Below are positions 9,242-17,800 of a stretch of DNA of 64,000 nt, piece by piece. Position 1 is the stretch's first letter, and each line of letters opens with the position of its first letter. A program made the translations under genes and the position numbers. Source of the stretch: Pseudomonadota bacterium. GTDB lineage: Bacteria > Bdellovibrionota_B > Oligoflexia > Oligoflexales > CAIMVM01. The stretch spans positions 1 to 64,000 of the forward strand of contig JBAXBA010000006.1 in assembly GCA_037142195.1 (NCBI GenBank), written 5' to 3'. The notes under the pieces are model-generated. The model searched no databases. It saw only the letters and a program-made list of their open reading frames with translations, and was not told the DNA's origin.

Positions 9242-9242
9242 C

Positions 9243-9572
9243 GTGCTTGGCATTAGAAATAGATCTGGGGTAGCGATCGATCTTTGGGTCGGTCACCCAG
9301 ATCTATTTCTTTGTGATACCCGAATTAATGAGGAGACAGACCTCTCTCTCTTTAGCCAGTGGAATCTAGCCAAAGAATACACTCCAGTAACTCATGGAAG
9401 TCGGCATATAGCCTTTACGCCAAGCCAATCGGATTCTCCGGACGAAGTATTATCGACCTTACTGGAGCGTTTTCAAGGTTATAAAAGAATCACGATTGTT
9501 CTTCACTCAGTCTCCTTGCATGCCAGTTATTTGGACGCTTTTTCCAGAGTTTTCCCAGAGGAAAAGTCATGA
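9243..9572 (+). CDS. Hypothetical protein, possibly a reduced macro-domain fold
   Basis: Fills the gap between sucD and murB and overlaps murB by ATGA; GTG start; fragments IDLWVG, RHIAF and KRITIVL. Confidence 0.6.
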   Translation: MLGIRNRSGVAIDLWVGHPDLFLCDTRINEETDLSLFSQWNLAKEYTPVTHGSRHIAFTPSQSDSPDEVLSTLLERFQGYKRITIVLHSVSLHASYLDAFSRVFPEEKS

Positions 9573-10561
9573 ATTCAGAGAAAACTCCTTTGAAGCATTT
9601 AGCGTATTTCAAGACCGGCGGAAGTTCGTTAGGGGTTTACTCCCCCTCCAGTCATCAGCAGCTCGGAGAATGCCTTCGAGAGATTTCAGATACCGGCAAG
9701 CCTCTTTTAGTATTAGGGGGAGGAACGAATTCTCTTGTCTTAGATGACACTTTTCCTGGCTACGTGATTATATTTAGAAACATGAAGACCATTAAGCAGA
9801 TTTCAGAAACTGTTTTTGAAGTCGACGCCGGGGTTACCAATACGGAATTTTCGGAATTCGCCTTTTCTAGGTCGTTGAGTGGCGCAGAGTGGATGAATTT
9901 TCTTCCTGGCGAAATCGGGGGAACGGTTCGCATGAATGCCAGATGCTATGGTGGAGAAATCAGTCAAATCGTTTCCAAAATCAGTTGTTATGATCCTTCG
10001 GGCAAGGAGTTGGAGTTTAAAGGCTCAGAGGTTTTTAGGGGGTATAAAGACACTCTACTCATGGAAAACAAAGCGATAGTTTCCAAAGTTCAAATCTCCC
10101 TAACCCCCTCAGGAAGCCCGGATAAAAGCAGAGAAAAAATGGATTTTTGTCGTACTGACCGAGAACGCAAAGGCCAATTTTTGTTTCCTACTTGCGGTTG
10201 TGTATTTAAAAACAACTATCATCCGGATGTTTCGGTTTCTTCAGGGTTATTATTAGAGCTTGCTGGAGCAAAACTTCTAGAGTTTGACAAAGCAAAAGTA
10301 TCTGAAAAGCACGCTAATTTTGTCTACAACCAAGGTAGCGATGCGCGATCCATATTGGAACTTACCTTTCAGATGCGGGACTTAGTATGGCAGAAGTTCG
10401 GTGTTTGGCTAGAGTATGAAATGGAGATCCTCGGAGAGTGGTCTGACGATCTGAAGGTGAAAATTGGGGAAGTAAGATCAAGCCCCAGGAACCCAGAACA
10501 AAAGGCAGCACTTAAGCTCGCCAAAGAAAAATTTGAGTCCATGTCGAAGGCCCCCAAATGA
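9569..10561 (+). CDS. murB: UDP-N-acetylenolpyruvoylglucosamine reductase
   Basis: YFKTGG, LGGGTNSLVLD, PGEIGGTVRMNA, CGCVFKN, VSEKHANF, LEYEM. Confidence 0.92.
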   Translation: MNSEKTPLKHLAYFKTGGSSLGVYSPSSHQQLGECLREISDTGKPLLVLGGGTNSLVLDDTFPGYVIIFRNMKTIKQISETVFEVDAGVTNTEFSEFAFSRSLSGAEWMNFLPGEIGGTVRMNARCYGGEISQIVSKISCYDPSGKELEFKGSEVFRGYKDTLLMENKAIVSKVQISLTPSGSPDKSREKMDFCRTDRERKGQFLFPTCGCVFKNNYHPDVSVSSGLLLELAGAKLLEFDKAKVSEKHANFVYNQGSDARSILELTFQMRDLVWQKFGVWLEYEMEILGEWSDDLKVKIGEVRSSPRNPEQKAALKLAKEKFESMSKAPK

Positions 10562-11028
10562 ACGAAAAAATGGAAGAGCTGCTAACTCATTATGCGAACG
10601 ACCATCGCCATATATGGAACCAAAGGATACATAAAATAGCAGTGCCAGCGATTCTGGTGTCATCAGTAGGTATATTTACAGGCCTTGGAAAGTTTGTTTT
10701 GCCTGAAATCAGGCTTCTTTCTGGTGGAAATTTACAGATTCTTTTTATGCTGATTTGGTATGGCATTTTAGATAGAAGGCTTCCCAGGGTTATGGCGCCT
10801 CTGTTATTTGGAGCTGCTGCACTGGTTACTTATTTGGATCGACATAATTCAGAGCTCCTCTGGCCTCTTAGTATGGGAGTTTTTGTTATAGCTTGGATTT
10901 TTCAGTTTATAGGTCACCGAATAGAGGGCAATAGGCCCGCACTCTTTTCTGGGCTTAAGTATTTGTTGGTGGGGCCTATGTGGGTGATGATTACCTTAAG
11001 ACGAAGGTTTGGGGACGATTCCATCTGA
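10558..11028 (+). CDS. Mpo1/DUF962 family membrane protein
   Basis: YANDH..N.RIHKIAVP and WIFQFIGHRIEGNRPA motifs; several TM segments. Confidence 0.88.
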   Translation: MNEKMEELLTHYANDHRHIWNQRIHKIAVPAILVSSVGIFTGLGKFVLPEIRLLSGGNLQILFMLIWYGILDRRLPRVMAPLLFGAAALVTYLDRHNSELLWPLSMGVFVIAWIFQFIGHRIEGNRPALFSGLKYLLVGPMWVMITLRRRFGDDSI

Positions 11029-11069
11029 AATCTTAAGGGCGCCAGCCAAACCGTTTCCAGGCCCTAAGT

Positions 11070-12860
11070 TTATTGGCGGCCTTCCACAATCCTTTTCAAT
11101 TCTTTTGATTCTGCAATGATTTTCTTAATTTCAGGGGCAAGCGGGTGGGACTCACTCCACAGATTACTTGTTTCTTTAAGGTCTAGGGTTACGTTATACA
11201 ATTCCGGGTTTTTTCCTTGGGAGTATATAAACCGCCAAGGGCCATTTATCAAACCAAAGCCTTCATGATTCCAACTTCGAATCTCGCCCGTATTGAGGGC
11301 TAAAAGCCACCTGTTAGAGGGTATTTCCGAAAACAAAGAAGATCCATTAAGCTCTTTGATCCAGGCTTTGTTCTCCTCCAGGCGGCCAAGTTCCAGGAGA
11401 TCGACAAAAGTAGGATTCAGATCCATATTAGAAATTTGACTCGACTTGAAATTCTTCTGGAGATTTGAGAATTGAGTGCTGAAGTTTTCTTTAAAAGACT
11501 TAGAGACACTGATGGACATAGGGATTTTTATGATTTCATCATAGTAACTTTCAATTCTTGGAACCTGACGCGTGTTTTCAGCAATATCGCCATGATCCGA
11601 GGTAAACGCGACAAAAAAGTCTTGATAGCGTTCTTCAATTAATTGGAGAATAGAAGAAAAGGCCTCATCAAGTATGGCCATGGCTTTTTCACAATTTGTT
11701 CCTTCAGGAATAGGCAAAAAATCTGAGTTTTTTTGACAAGGAATATGGGCAGCATTAAAATTCACGACTAAAAAGAGATATTCGTTCGGAGGACTTTCCT
11801 GAATCCATTCTTTAATTCGTTTGGCTGTTAGGAGGTCGTCTTGTCCCGTATCATTGATGAGCTTACCTCCCATGGATTCCGCGGTTTCAATCAATCCTAG
11901 TCCTTTGGTGGAGAAAAAACTTGAAAAACCAGCCCAGGAGAATCTTTGGCTTGAAAACCAAGCGGTTTTGTAATTGGCAGCATAAAACATGTCCCAAATG
12001 AAGGGCATTTTATGAAAATCATCATGACTTCGATCAGAGCGCAAACCTGTAAAAAGTGACGGCATTGCCATATCGGTTGCAGAGGCGTTGCTAAACGCGT
12101 TTTGTGTGTTAAGGGTAGTCTGGCGAGATAGCCAAGAATGAAGTTTTGGAAGTGCATCGGGACCAGTCTCATTCCATTTGCTGTGATAGGTACTTAAGCT
12201 TTCTGTAACAAATAGCACTGCAGCTTTCGGTAAATGCGGGTTTTCAACGGCCTTAACTGTCAAGCGATTTCCGGCATGAAGCTTTGGTCCGGAGCCTAAA
12301 TGAATACGTAAGGCGTTAATATGGGAAAGAATTAAAGATGCTTCGATACTCAAACTGCCCTCAGCAGATTTTCTCGTTAAATGTCCCGTCTCTAAAGACA
12401 CCGTGATCAAGGGAATGAGGATTCCGCCTATAGATTTTTTCTTCGAGTGCATTCCAAAATAAAGTCTTTTGCCGATAAAATAGGTCAATAGGCAAATGGC
12501 CAGACTTGGAAGCCATCCCCCATAGGAGTTCCAGTAGCCAATCATATAGGCGGGATCTTGCCAAGTGAGTCGTAGGGACTGAGCTGTAATGTGTTGGCCT
12601 AAATATCGAAAGTGCACAAAGTCAGAAATCACGAAAAAAGACCACACGAAACCTATAAAGGCACTCAATATTTTCTGGGCCGAAAAGGTTCTAAAATAGG
12701 CGCCTATGCTGATCCAAAACCACCACCAGATAAATGCTAACACCATGCCCTGAAGATAAAGACTTAAAGTAAATCTACCGACATTGAGATTGCCCGGGAA
12801 GTTCCGGAGCAACACATCGGCCAACAAACTAATCATGGTTAGCCTTAAAGCATAGCCCAT
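11070..12860 (-). CDS. Membrane-anchored sulfatase / phosphoethanolamine-transferase-like enzyme
   Basis: N-terminal TM helices, then VLFVTESL, SATDMAMPSL (Thr nucleophile position), AAHIP, FTSDHG, ELYNV..DLKE. Confidence 0.8.
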   Translation of the reverse strand: MGYALRLTMISLLADVLLRNFPGNLNVGRFTLSLYLQGMVLAFIWWWFWISIGAYFRTFSAQKILSAFIGFVWSFFVISDFVHFRYLGQHITAQSLRLTWQDPAYMIGYWNSYGGWLPSLAICLLTYFIGKRLYFGMHSKKKSIGGILIPLITVSLETGHLTRKSAEGSLSIEASLILSHINALRIHLGSGPKLHAGNRLTVKAVENPHLPKAAVLFVTESLSTYHSKWNETGPDALPKLHSWLSRQTTLNTQNAFSNASATDMAMPSLFTGLRSDRSHDDFHKMPFIWDMFYAANYKTAWFSSQRFSWAGFSSFFSTKGLGLIETAESMGGKLINDTGQDDLLTAKRIKEWIQESPPNEYLFLVVNFNAAHIPCQKNSDFLPIPEGTNCEKAMAILDEAFSSILQLIEERYQDFFVAFTSDHGDIAENTRQVPRIESYYDEIIKIPMSISVSKSFKENFSTQFSNLQKNFKSSQISNMDLNPTFVDLLELGRLEENKAWIKELNGSSLFSEIPSNRWLLALNTGEIRSWNHEGFGLINGPWRFIYSQGKNPELYNVTLDLKETSNLWSESHPLAPEIKKIIAESKELKRIVEGRQ

Positions 12861-12917
12861 AAACCCTCAATTCATTTCATTGCACTTCGGTGAGACTTCT
12901 AAAATGTGATAGAAAAA

Positions 12918-13223
12918 CTAAGAAATACCGGAAAGCTGCCTCAAGTATTTAAATGAAAAAATTCCAGTGTTGTGCCCATCGTTAAAAGCTATGACACAAG
13001 CATATCGGCCCACAGAATCAATTTGTAAAGGTCTTACCGTACTTGCTACGGAGTCCGGCTTTAAAATACGCTCACCCGTTCTTTCATCGACACAAGAGGC
13101 GCAAGGGCACTTCCTTCTCAATTCGACAACATCAAGTTTTGACTCGGCTCCATCTGTCCAGGTGATGCCTAGATGTTTTTCATCGGACTGATAGATTTCT
13201 TTGACCCCAATATAACTTCTCAT
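12918..13223 (-). CDS. DUF971 / GBBH-N family protein
   Basis: ITWTDG, LRRKCPCASC, VGRYA..I.FNDGHNTGIF; start at 13223 gives an ATGA overlap with the mrp stop and has a GGAGAGG RBS. Confidence 0.88.
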   Translation of the reverse strand: MRSYIGVKEIYQSDEKHLGITWTDGAESKLDVVELRRKCPCASCVDERTGERILKPDSVASTVRPLQIDSVGRYACVIAFNDGHNTGIFSFKYLRQLSGIS

Positions 13224-14338
13224 GCGCCTCTCCATTTTAGACTAAATGAACTTAGCGATTCTCCACGAGTGGCGTGGAGGATAGATACTTCTCGAGCCAC
13301 GTTACCTGAAAAATTACGGTATGCTGTAGATGCTTTTCCTACCTGTAAAATGACTGGAGAGCCTTTATCGGAACTTTCAGAAACTTGAACTTCAAGGGGG
13401 ATTTGACCCAGAAGAGGAAGTGAGTAGGACTCAGCAAGCTTAACGCCACCGCCTTCGCCAAAAAGATAGTACTTTTTATTTTCAACTTCAAAATAGCTCA
13501 TGGTTTCAATGATTCCTAAAATAGGAATTTGGAGAGTCGAGTACATATGGATGGCTTTCTTTGCATCCATTACGGCGACTTCTTGGGGTGAAGTAACTAT
13601 GACCACTCCGGTGGCTGGGGCAATTTGCGCAAGGGAAAGGTGTATGTCCCCTGTTCCTGGCGGGCAGTCGATAACGAGATAGTCAAGCTCACCCCAGTCC
13701 ACTTGAGTTACAAAATTTTTCACCATGCTAGAAGCCATAGGCCCACGCATGATGGCTGCCTGATCAGTTCCAGAAAACATGGAGATAGAAATCATCTTAA
13801 TATTGTCTTTTAGGGGCGGCTGGACCAATTCACCATTCATTTGGGTCGGATTTTTTACTCCTGTCATCATAGGAATAGAAGGCCCATGAATATCTGCGTC
13901 AAGGAGTCCCACCTTAGATCCAGCAGAAGAAAGTCCGTAAGCAAGATTTACGGCAGTGGTAGACTTCCCTACCCCACCTTTACCAGATGCGACAAGTATG
14001 ATGTTGGCTACTTTTCCTAGCGAGTTCGCAGTTTGTGGGGACTTGGTTTGACCTCTCGTGGTAGCGGTCATGATGACGTTTACAGACTCCACCCCGGTAA
14101 TGGCTTTTACAGCAGCTTCTGCTTCGGATTTAAATTTTTCTTTGACAGGGCAGGCCGGAGTTGTGAGGTTTACTTCAAATTCTACGGCACCCCGATCAAT
14201 TTTTAAATTCCTAACAAAACCAAGGCTTACAATGTCCTTGTCTAAATCAGGATCTATGATCACTTTTAATGCTTCGCGCACCATATCTTCCGTGATTTCT
14301 AGATCTTTCTTTTTGAAGAACTGGTCTAAAACTCCCAT
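13220..14338 (-). CDS. mrp: Mrp/NBP35/ApbC Fe-S carrier ATPase with N-terminal DUF59 (HCF101-like)
   Basis: DPDL.KDIVSLG..LTTPACP, SGKGGVGKST, DADIHGPS, RGPM, WGELDYLVIDCPPGTGD. Confidence 0.93.
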   Translation of the reverse strand: MGVLDQFFKKKDLEITEDMVREALKVIIDPDLDKDIVSLGFVRNLKIDRGAVEFEVNLTTPACPVKEKFKSEAEAAVKAITGVESVNVIMTATTRGQTKSPQTANSLGKVANIILVASGKGGVGKSTTAVNLAYGLSSAGSKVGLLDADIHGPSIPMMTGVKNPTQMNGELVQPPLKDNIKMISISMFSGTDQAAIMRGPMASSMVKNFVTQVDWGELDYLVIDCPPGTGDIHLSLAQIAPATGVVIVTSPQEVAVMDAKKAIHMYSTLQIPILGIIETMSYFEVENKKYYLFGEGGGVKLAESYSLPLLGQIPLEVQVSESSDKGSPVILQVGKASTAYRNFSGNVAREVSILHATRGESLSSFSLKWRGA

Positions 14339-14415
14339 AAACGGCCCCTTTTATAATCCCAATTTGTTGTCTTAAAAAGGTCATGCATCATTGCTGACTG
14401 ACGAAACAAAAAAGT

Positions 14416-15336
14416 CTAATGCAAATTTTCCAGGTGTCGGGCTGCGGTGATAGCGGCTTGACAACCCATCCCTGCAGCCGTAATAGCTTGCTTAAACGTA
14501 GGATCTGCAATATCTCCAGCCGCAAAGACCCCCGGAGTTTTCGTTTTTACAAAATCTGTAACTTTTATATATCCATGATCATCAACGTCAACCCACGGTA
14601 GAAAAATGTCAGAATTAGGTTTGTGGCCGATAGCATAGAAAAGCCCGTCAATTTTAATATCTTCTTTTGCTGAATTTTCGAGGTTTATAAGGGTAACTCC
14701 CGTGAGCCCTGTTTCATCGCTAAGTGTTTTTTCAATGGTCCAGGGAGTCCTAATCTTGATTTTAGGATTGTTTTTGACGCGATCAATCATAATGCTGGCA
14801 GCCCGAAACGTGTCTCTACGGTGAACTAAAATGACTTCCCCGGCAAGATTGGCTAAGTAACTCGCCTCTTCCATGGCAGAGTCACCCCCACCGATAATCA
14901 TAACTTTTTTCCCGCGATAGAAAAAACCATCACAGGTAGCGCATGTGGAAAGACCTCGACCCATAAGCGCCGCTTCCCCAGGTAGGCCTAGGGTTTTGGC
15001 TGTAGCTCCGGTGCTGATAATCACAGTTTTTGTTTCTATGAGTTCTTGATCTGCCCATAGCTTCAATTTTGAAGGATTTGAAAAATCAACTTTTGTAATG
15101 GTGTCGTAAACAATGCGGGTTCCTACTCGCTCTGCTTGCGCGGTCATTTCTGCCATAAGCTTTGGGCCTTGAATGCCCTCAGCAAAGCCAGGAAAATTTT
15201 CTACTTCCGTTGTGGTAGTAAGTTGACCACCATGTTGAATGCCAGCATATATTACGGGTTTGAAGCCAGCTCTTGCCGCATAAATAGCCGCAGTCAATCC
15301 AGCAGGTCCAGTTCCAACTATAGTTACATCGTTCAT
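14416..15336 (-). CDS. trxB: Thioredoxin reductase
   Basis: GTGPAGLTAA, GGQLTTTTEVENFPG, CATCDG, GGGDSAMEEA, GVFAAGD. Confidence 0.97.
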   Translation of the reverse strand: MNDVTIVGTGPAGLTAAIYAARAGFKPVIYAGIQHGGQLTTTTEVENFPGFAEGIQGPKLMAEMTAQAERVGTRIVYDTITKVDFSNPSKLKLWADQELIETKTVIISTGATAKTLGLPGEAALMGRGLSTCATCDGFFYRGKKVMIIGGGDSAMEEASYLANLAGEVILVHRRDTFRAASIMIDRVKNNPKIKIRTPWTIEKTLSDETGLTGVTLINLENSAKEDIKIDGLFYAIGHKPNSDIFLPWVDVDDHGYIKVTDFVKTKTPGVFAAGDIADPTFKQAITAAGMGCQAAITAARHLENLH

Positions 15337-15466
15337 AGAAGCCCCTAAGTAAAATCATCTAGGGACGGATCCTATCAAGAGGCAGATCAATTGTCATTAA
15401 GACCCTTGCAAGGCTTAAGCTTTGGGCATCCCGGTTCTATCTGGTTACCTGATGTGTGGTGGGCCT

Positions 15467-15499
15467 AAAATGAAAGCGGCAGGGCAAAACCCTGCCGCT
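15467..15499 (-). terminator. Intrinsic terminator
   Basis: AGCGGCAGGG-N5-CCCTGCCGCT perfect stem followed by TTCATTTT on the minus strand. Confidence 0.8.
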
Positions 15500-15525
15500 A
15501 TGTCCTCATAAAAAGAACAGGAACG

Positions 15526-16176
15526 CTATTTTGTGAGAAGTTTAAAGGCATGATGCCAAGTGTTGGATGTTGCACCGAATCCAAGCCAAGTGATGCACAT
15601 GGCTTCAAGAGCACCAGAAAGTGCCATAGATCCCACATCTTTAGCTCCCCAACCAAAGGACTTTACGAGCTCCGTGGCTGCAAGTTTGGCTTCATGGTTG
15701 TCACCACAAATAAACATATCAGGAGTGCCGTCTTTAAAGTTCGGCTTATAGAAGAATCCATGACCCACCGTATTGAAGCATTTTACGACTTTGGCGTCTG
15801 GAGCCGCTTTTTGACAAGCTGAGCCGGCTGACTGACCTCCTATGTAAGCAAGCTTTGGGGGGAATCCTGCTGAAAAATCCAAGGGGTTCGTGGCGTCAAG
15901 GACCAGCTTTCCGGCGAGATTTTGAGGCCCAGCACCATTTATCGTGGAAACGATTTCCGTGCCTAAAGTGGCCACAACGATGGTGTCAGCCCATTTTGCC
16001 ACCTCTGAAAAAGTACCCCCTTCAGCTGAAAAACCACCGTCTGTGAGTTTCTTAAGTGCCTCAGCTAGCTTAGTGCCGGAAGTTCGCGAACCAATTTTTA
16101 CAGAGTGTTTTTCTGATAGAAAGCCTTTGGCGAGAGACTGAGCCACATCGCCAGTGCCCAAAATTGCAATTTTCAT
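15526..16176 (-). CDS. NADPH-dependent F420 reductase-like dinucleotide-binding oxidoreductase
   Basis: KIAILGTGDV, IGSR, GKLVLDATNP, VVKCFNT, ICGDN. Confidence 0.85.
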   Translation of the reverse strand: MKIAILGTGDVAQSLAKGFLSEKHSVKIGSRTSGTKLAEALKKLTDGGFSAEGGTFSEVAKWADTIVVATLGTEIVSTINGAGPQNLAGKLVLDATNPLDFSAGFPPKLAYIGGQSAGSACQKAAPDAKVVKCFNTVGHGFFYKPNFKDGTPDMFICGDNHEAKLAATELVKSFGWGAKDVGSMALSGALEAMCITWLGFGATSNTWHHAFKLLTK

Positions 16177-16226
16177 AAGTTATCCTGAATAAGAATAACG
16201 ATAATTGTACAATATAAATGTAAAAT

Positions 16227-16250
16227 AGCACAAAAGCACAAAAGCACAAA
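16227..16250. repeat. Tandem repeat (AGCACAAA) x3
   Basis: Three perfect 8-bp units in a divergent intergenic region. Confidence 0.8.
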
Positions 16251-16273
16251 AAGCTTAAAAAGGGAGCCATTCT

Positions 16274-17728
16274 ATGCGTTATTTTATATTTTTAATGGGG
16301 CTTTCTGCTTTTTCAAAAGAGCTATTTGCCAATTCTGCGATTCAAAATCTCGTGGCAAAAGTGGAAACTCGTTCGAAGCAATCCATAGAAGTGGTTCGCG
16401 TTTCTGATGGAAAAACGATTTTTGCCCATAATGATCAAGTGCTTCTCACTCCCGCAAGCGTTTCTAAACTTACCATTGCGGCTGCCGCCTTGGAAATGTG
16501 GGGCCCACAATATACTTTTTCAACGAAAGTCTATTATACAGGGAATTTTTCCAATGGGGTGATCTCTGGAGATTTGATCGTAAAAGGCGATGGCGATCCT
16601 TTTTTGGTAAATGAAAAGATTTCAGTTCTTGCTTCAGATTTAAAAAATCGGGGAGTTAAAGAAGTAAAAGGAAGATTTATATTAGATCCCTCACTCTTTG
16701 ATTTGGAGACAAGGGATGAATCTCGCGAAGAAGGAAAGTTATCTTCAGACAATGCTTATGACGCACCCATTTCAGGTGCAGGCGTGAACTTTAATACCTT
16801 TGAAATTGCTATTTCACCAGATGAGAGTGGCGCACGGGTTTTGTTTTCCCCCTTTCCGTTAAAGGGATTTTCTATAACGAATAAAGTGAAGGTAGGATCA
16901 TCGACCAATGTGCAAGTCGAGCGATTTTCATCAAAGGATGGGCGCGCAAGCCTTGTTGCCACAGGAACAGTTGCGAAGGATGCAGGCCTCATCAAGATGT
17001 ACCGCTCGGTAAATAATCCTCACCTAGCTTCCGCAGAGATGGTCAGGGCATTTATAGAAAATCAGGGAATCTTGATTCGTGGAGACATTGGGATTTCCGA
17101 AACCCCTAAAGCTTCTAACGAGATTTTGACGTTAACAGGATACTCGCTGGATTTTATAGTCAAAGGACTTAACAATTTTTCCAACAACTACATCGCAGAT
17201 ATGTTACTCAAACGTATGGGATCGGCATTTCCAGCCAGTGGGCTGGCAGATCAGCCAGGATCTGGAACGGAAAGCAATGGGCTTAAGGTATTAGAAAGAT
17301 ACCTTAAATCCCAAGTGGGAATTAAGACACCGTTTGTTCTTAAGAATGCCTCTGGACTATCATTCGAGAATCGACTCTCGGCGGGGCAAATCAATCAAAT
17401 TCTTCTTCGCATGGCGAAGAGTCTCGATGTTTTTCCTGAATTCTTTGCCAGCCTTCCAGCAGCTGGAAGGGACGGGACCCTTAAGAAAAGGTTTCAAAAT
17501 AATGAAGGTAAATCTCAGGCAGCAAATATTAGAGCCAAAACGGGAACCCTTACATCTCCTCGGTCCGTCTCGTCTTTAGCCGGCTATGTGAAAACGCCCC
17601 ATGATGGCCTTTTGGCATTTGCTATTATCGGAAATGGAATAGAAGGAAAAGCTCAGCCGACTATAAATGAACTTCATGGATTTCAAGATAAGTTGGTGTC
17701 ACTACTCGCGAGTGGTGACTACAAATAA
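16274..17728 (+). CDS. dacB: D-Ala-D-Ala carboxypeptidase/endopeptidase (PBP4, peptidase S13)
   Basis: Signal peptide; PASVSK (SxxK), KGDGDP, SNN (SxN), NASGLS, AKTGTL. Confidence 0.94.
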   Translation: MRYFIFLMGLSAFSKELFANSAIQNLVAKVETRSKQSIEVVRVSDGKTIFAHNDQVLLTPASVSKLTIAAAALEMWGPQYTFSTKVYYTGNFSNGVISGDLIVKGDGDPFLVNEKISVLASDLKNRGVKEVKGRFILDPSLFDLETRDESREEGKLSSDNAYDAPISGAGVNFNTFEIAISPDESGARVLFSPFPLKGFSITNKVKVGSSTNVQVERFSSKDGRASLVATGTVAKDAGLIKMYRSVNNPHLASAEMVRAFIENQGILIRGDIGISETPKASNEILTLTGYSLDFIVKGLNNFSNNYIADMLLKRMGSAFPASGLADQPGSGTESNGLKVLERYLKSQVGIKTPFVLKNASGLSFENRLSAGQINQILLRMAKSLDVFPEFFASLPAAGRDGTLKKRFQNNEGKSQAANIRAKTGTLTSPRSVSSLAGYVKTPHDGLLAFAIIGNGIEGKAQPTINELHGFQDKLVSLLASGDYK

Positions 17729-17766
17729 CCGCATTCTCAGAATTAACTGTGGAATGCGGCTATTTG
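17722..17766. terminator. Bidirectional terminator between dacB and pckG
   Basis: CAAATAACCGCATTCTCAG..CTGTGGAATGCGGCTATTTG imperfect stem between convergent genes. Confidence 0.65.
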
Positions 17767-17800
17767 TGTAGTTTGTATCGTTTGTGTCGTGATTCTTTTT

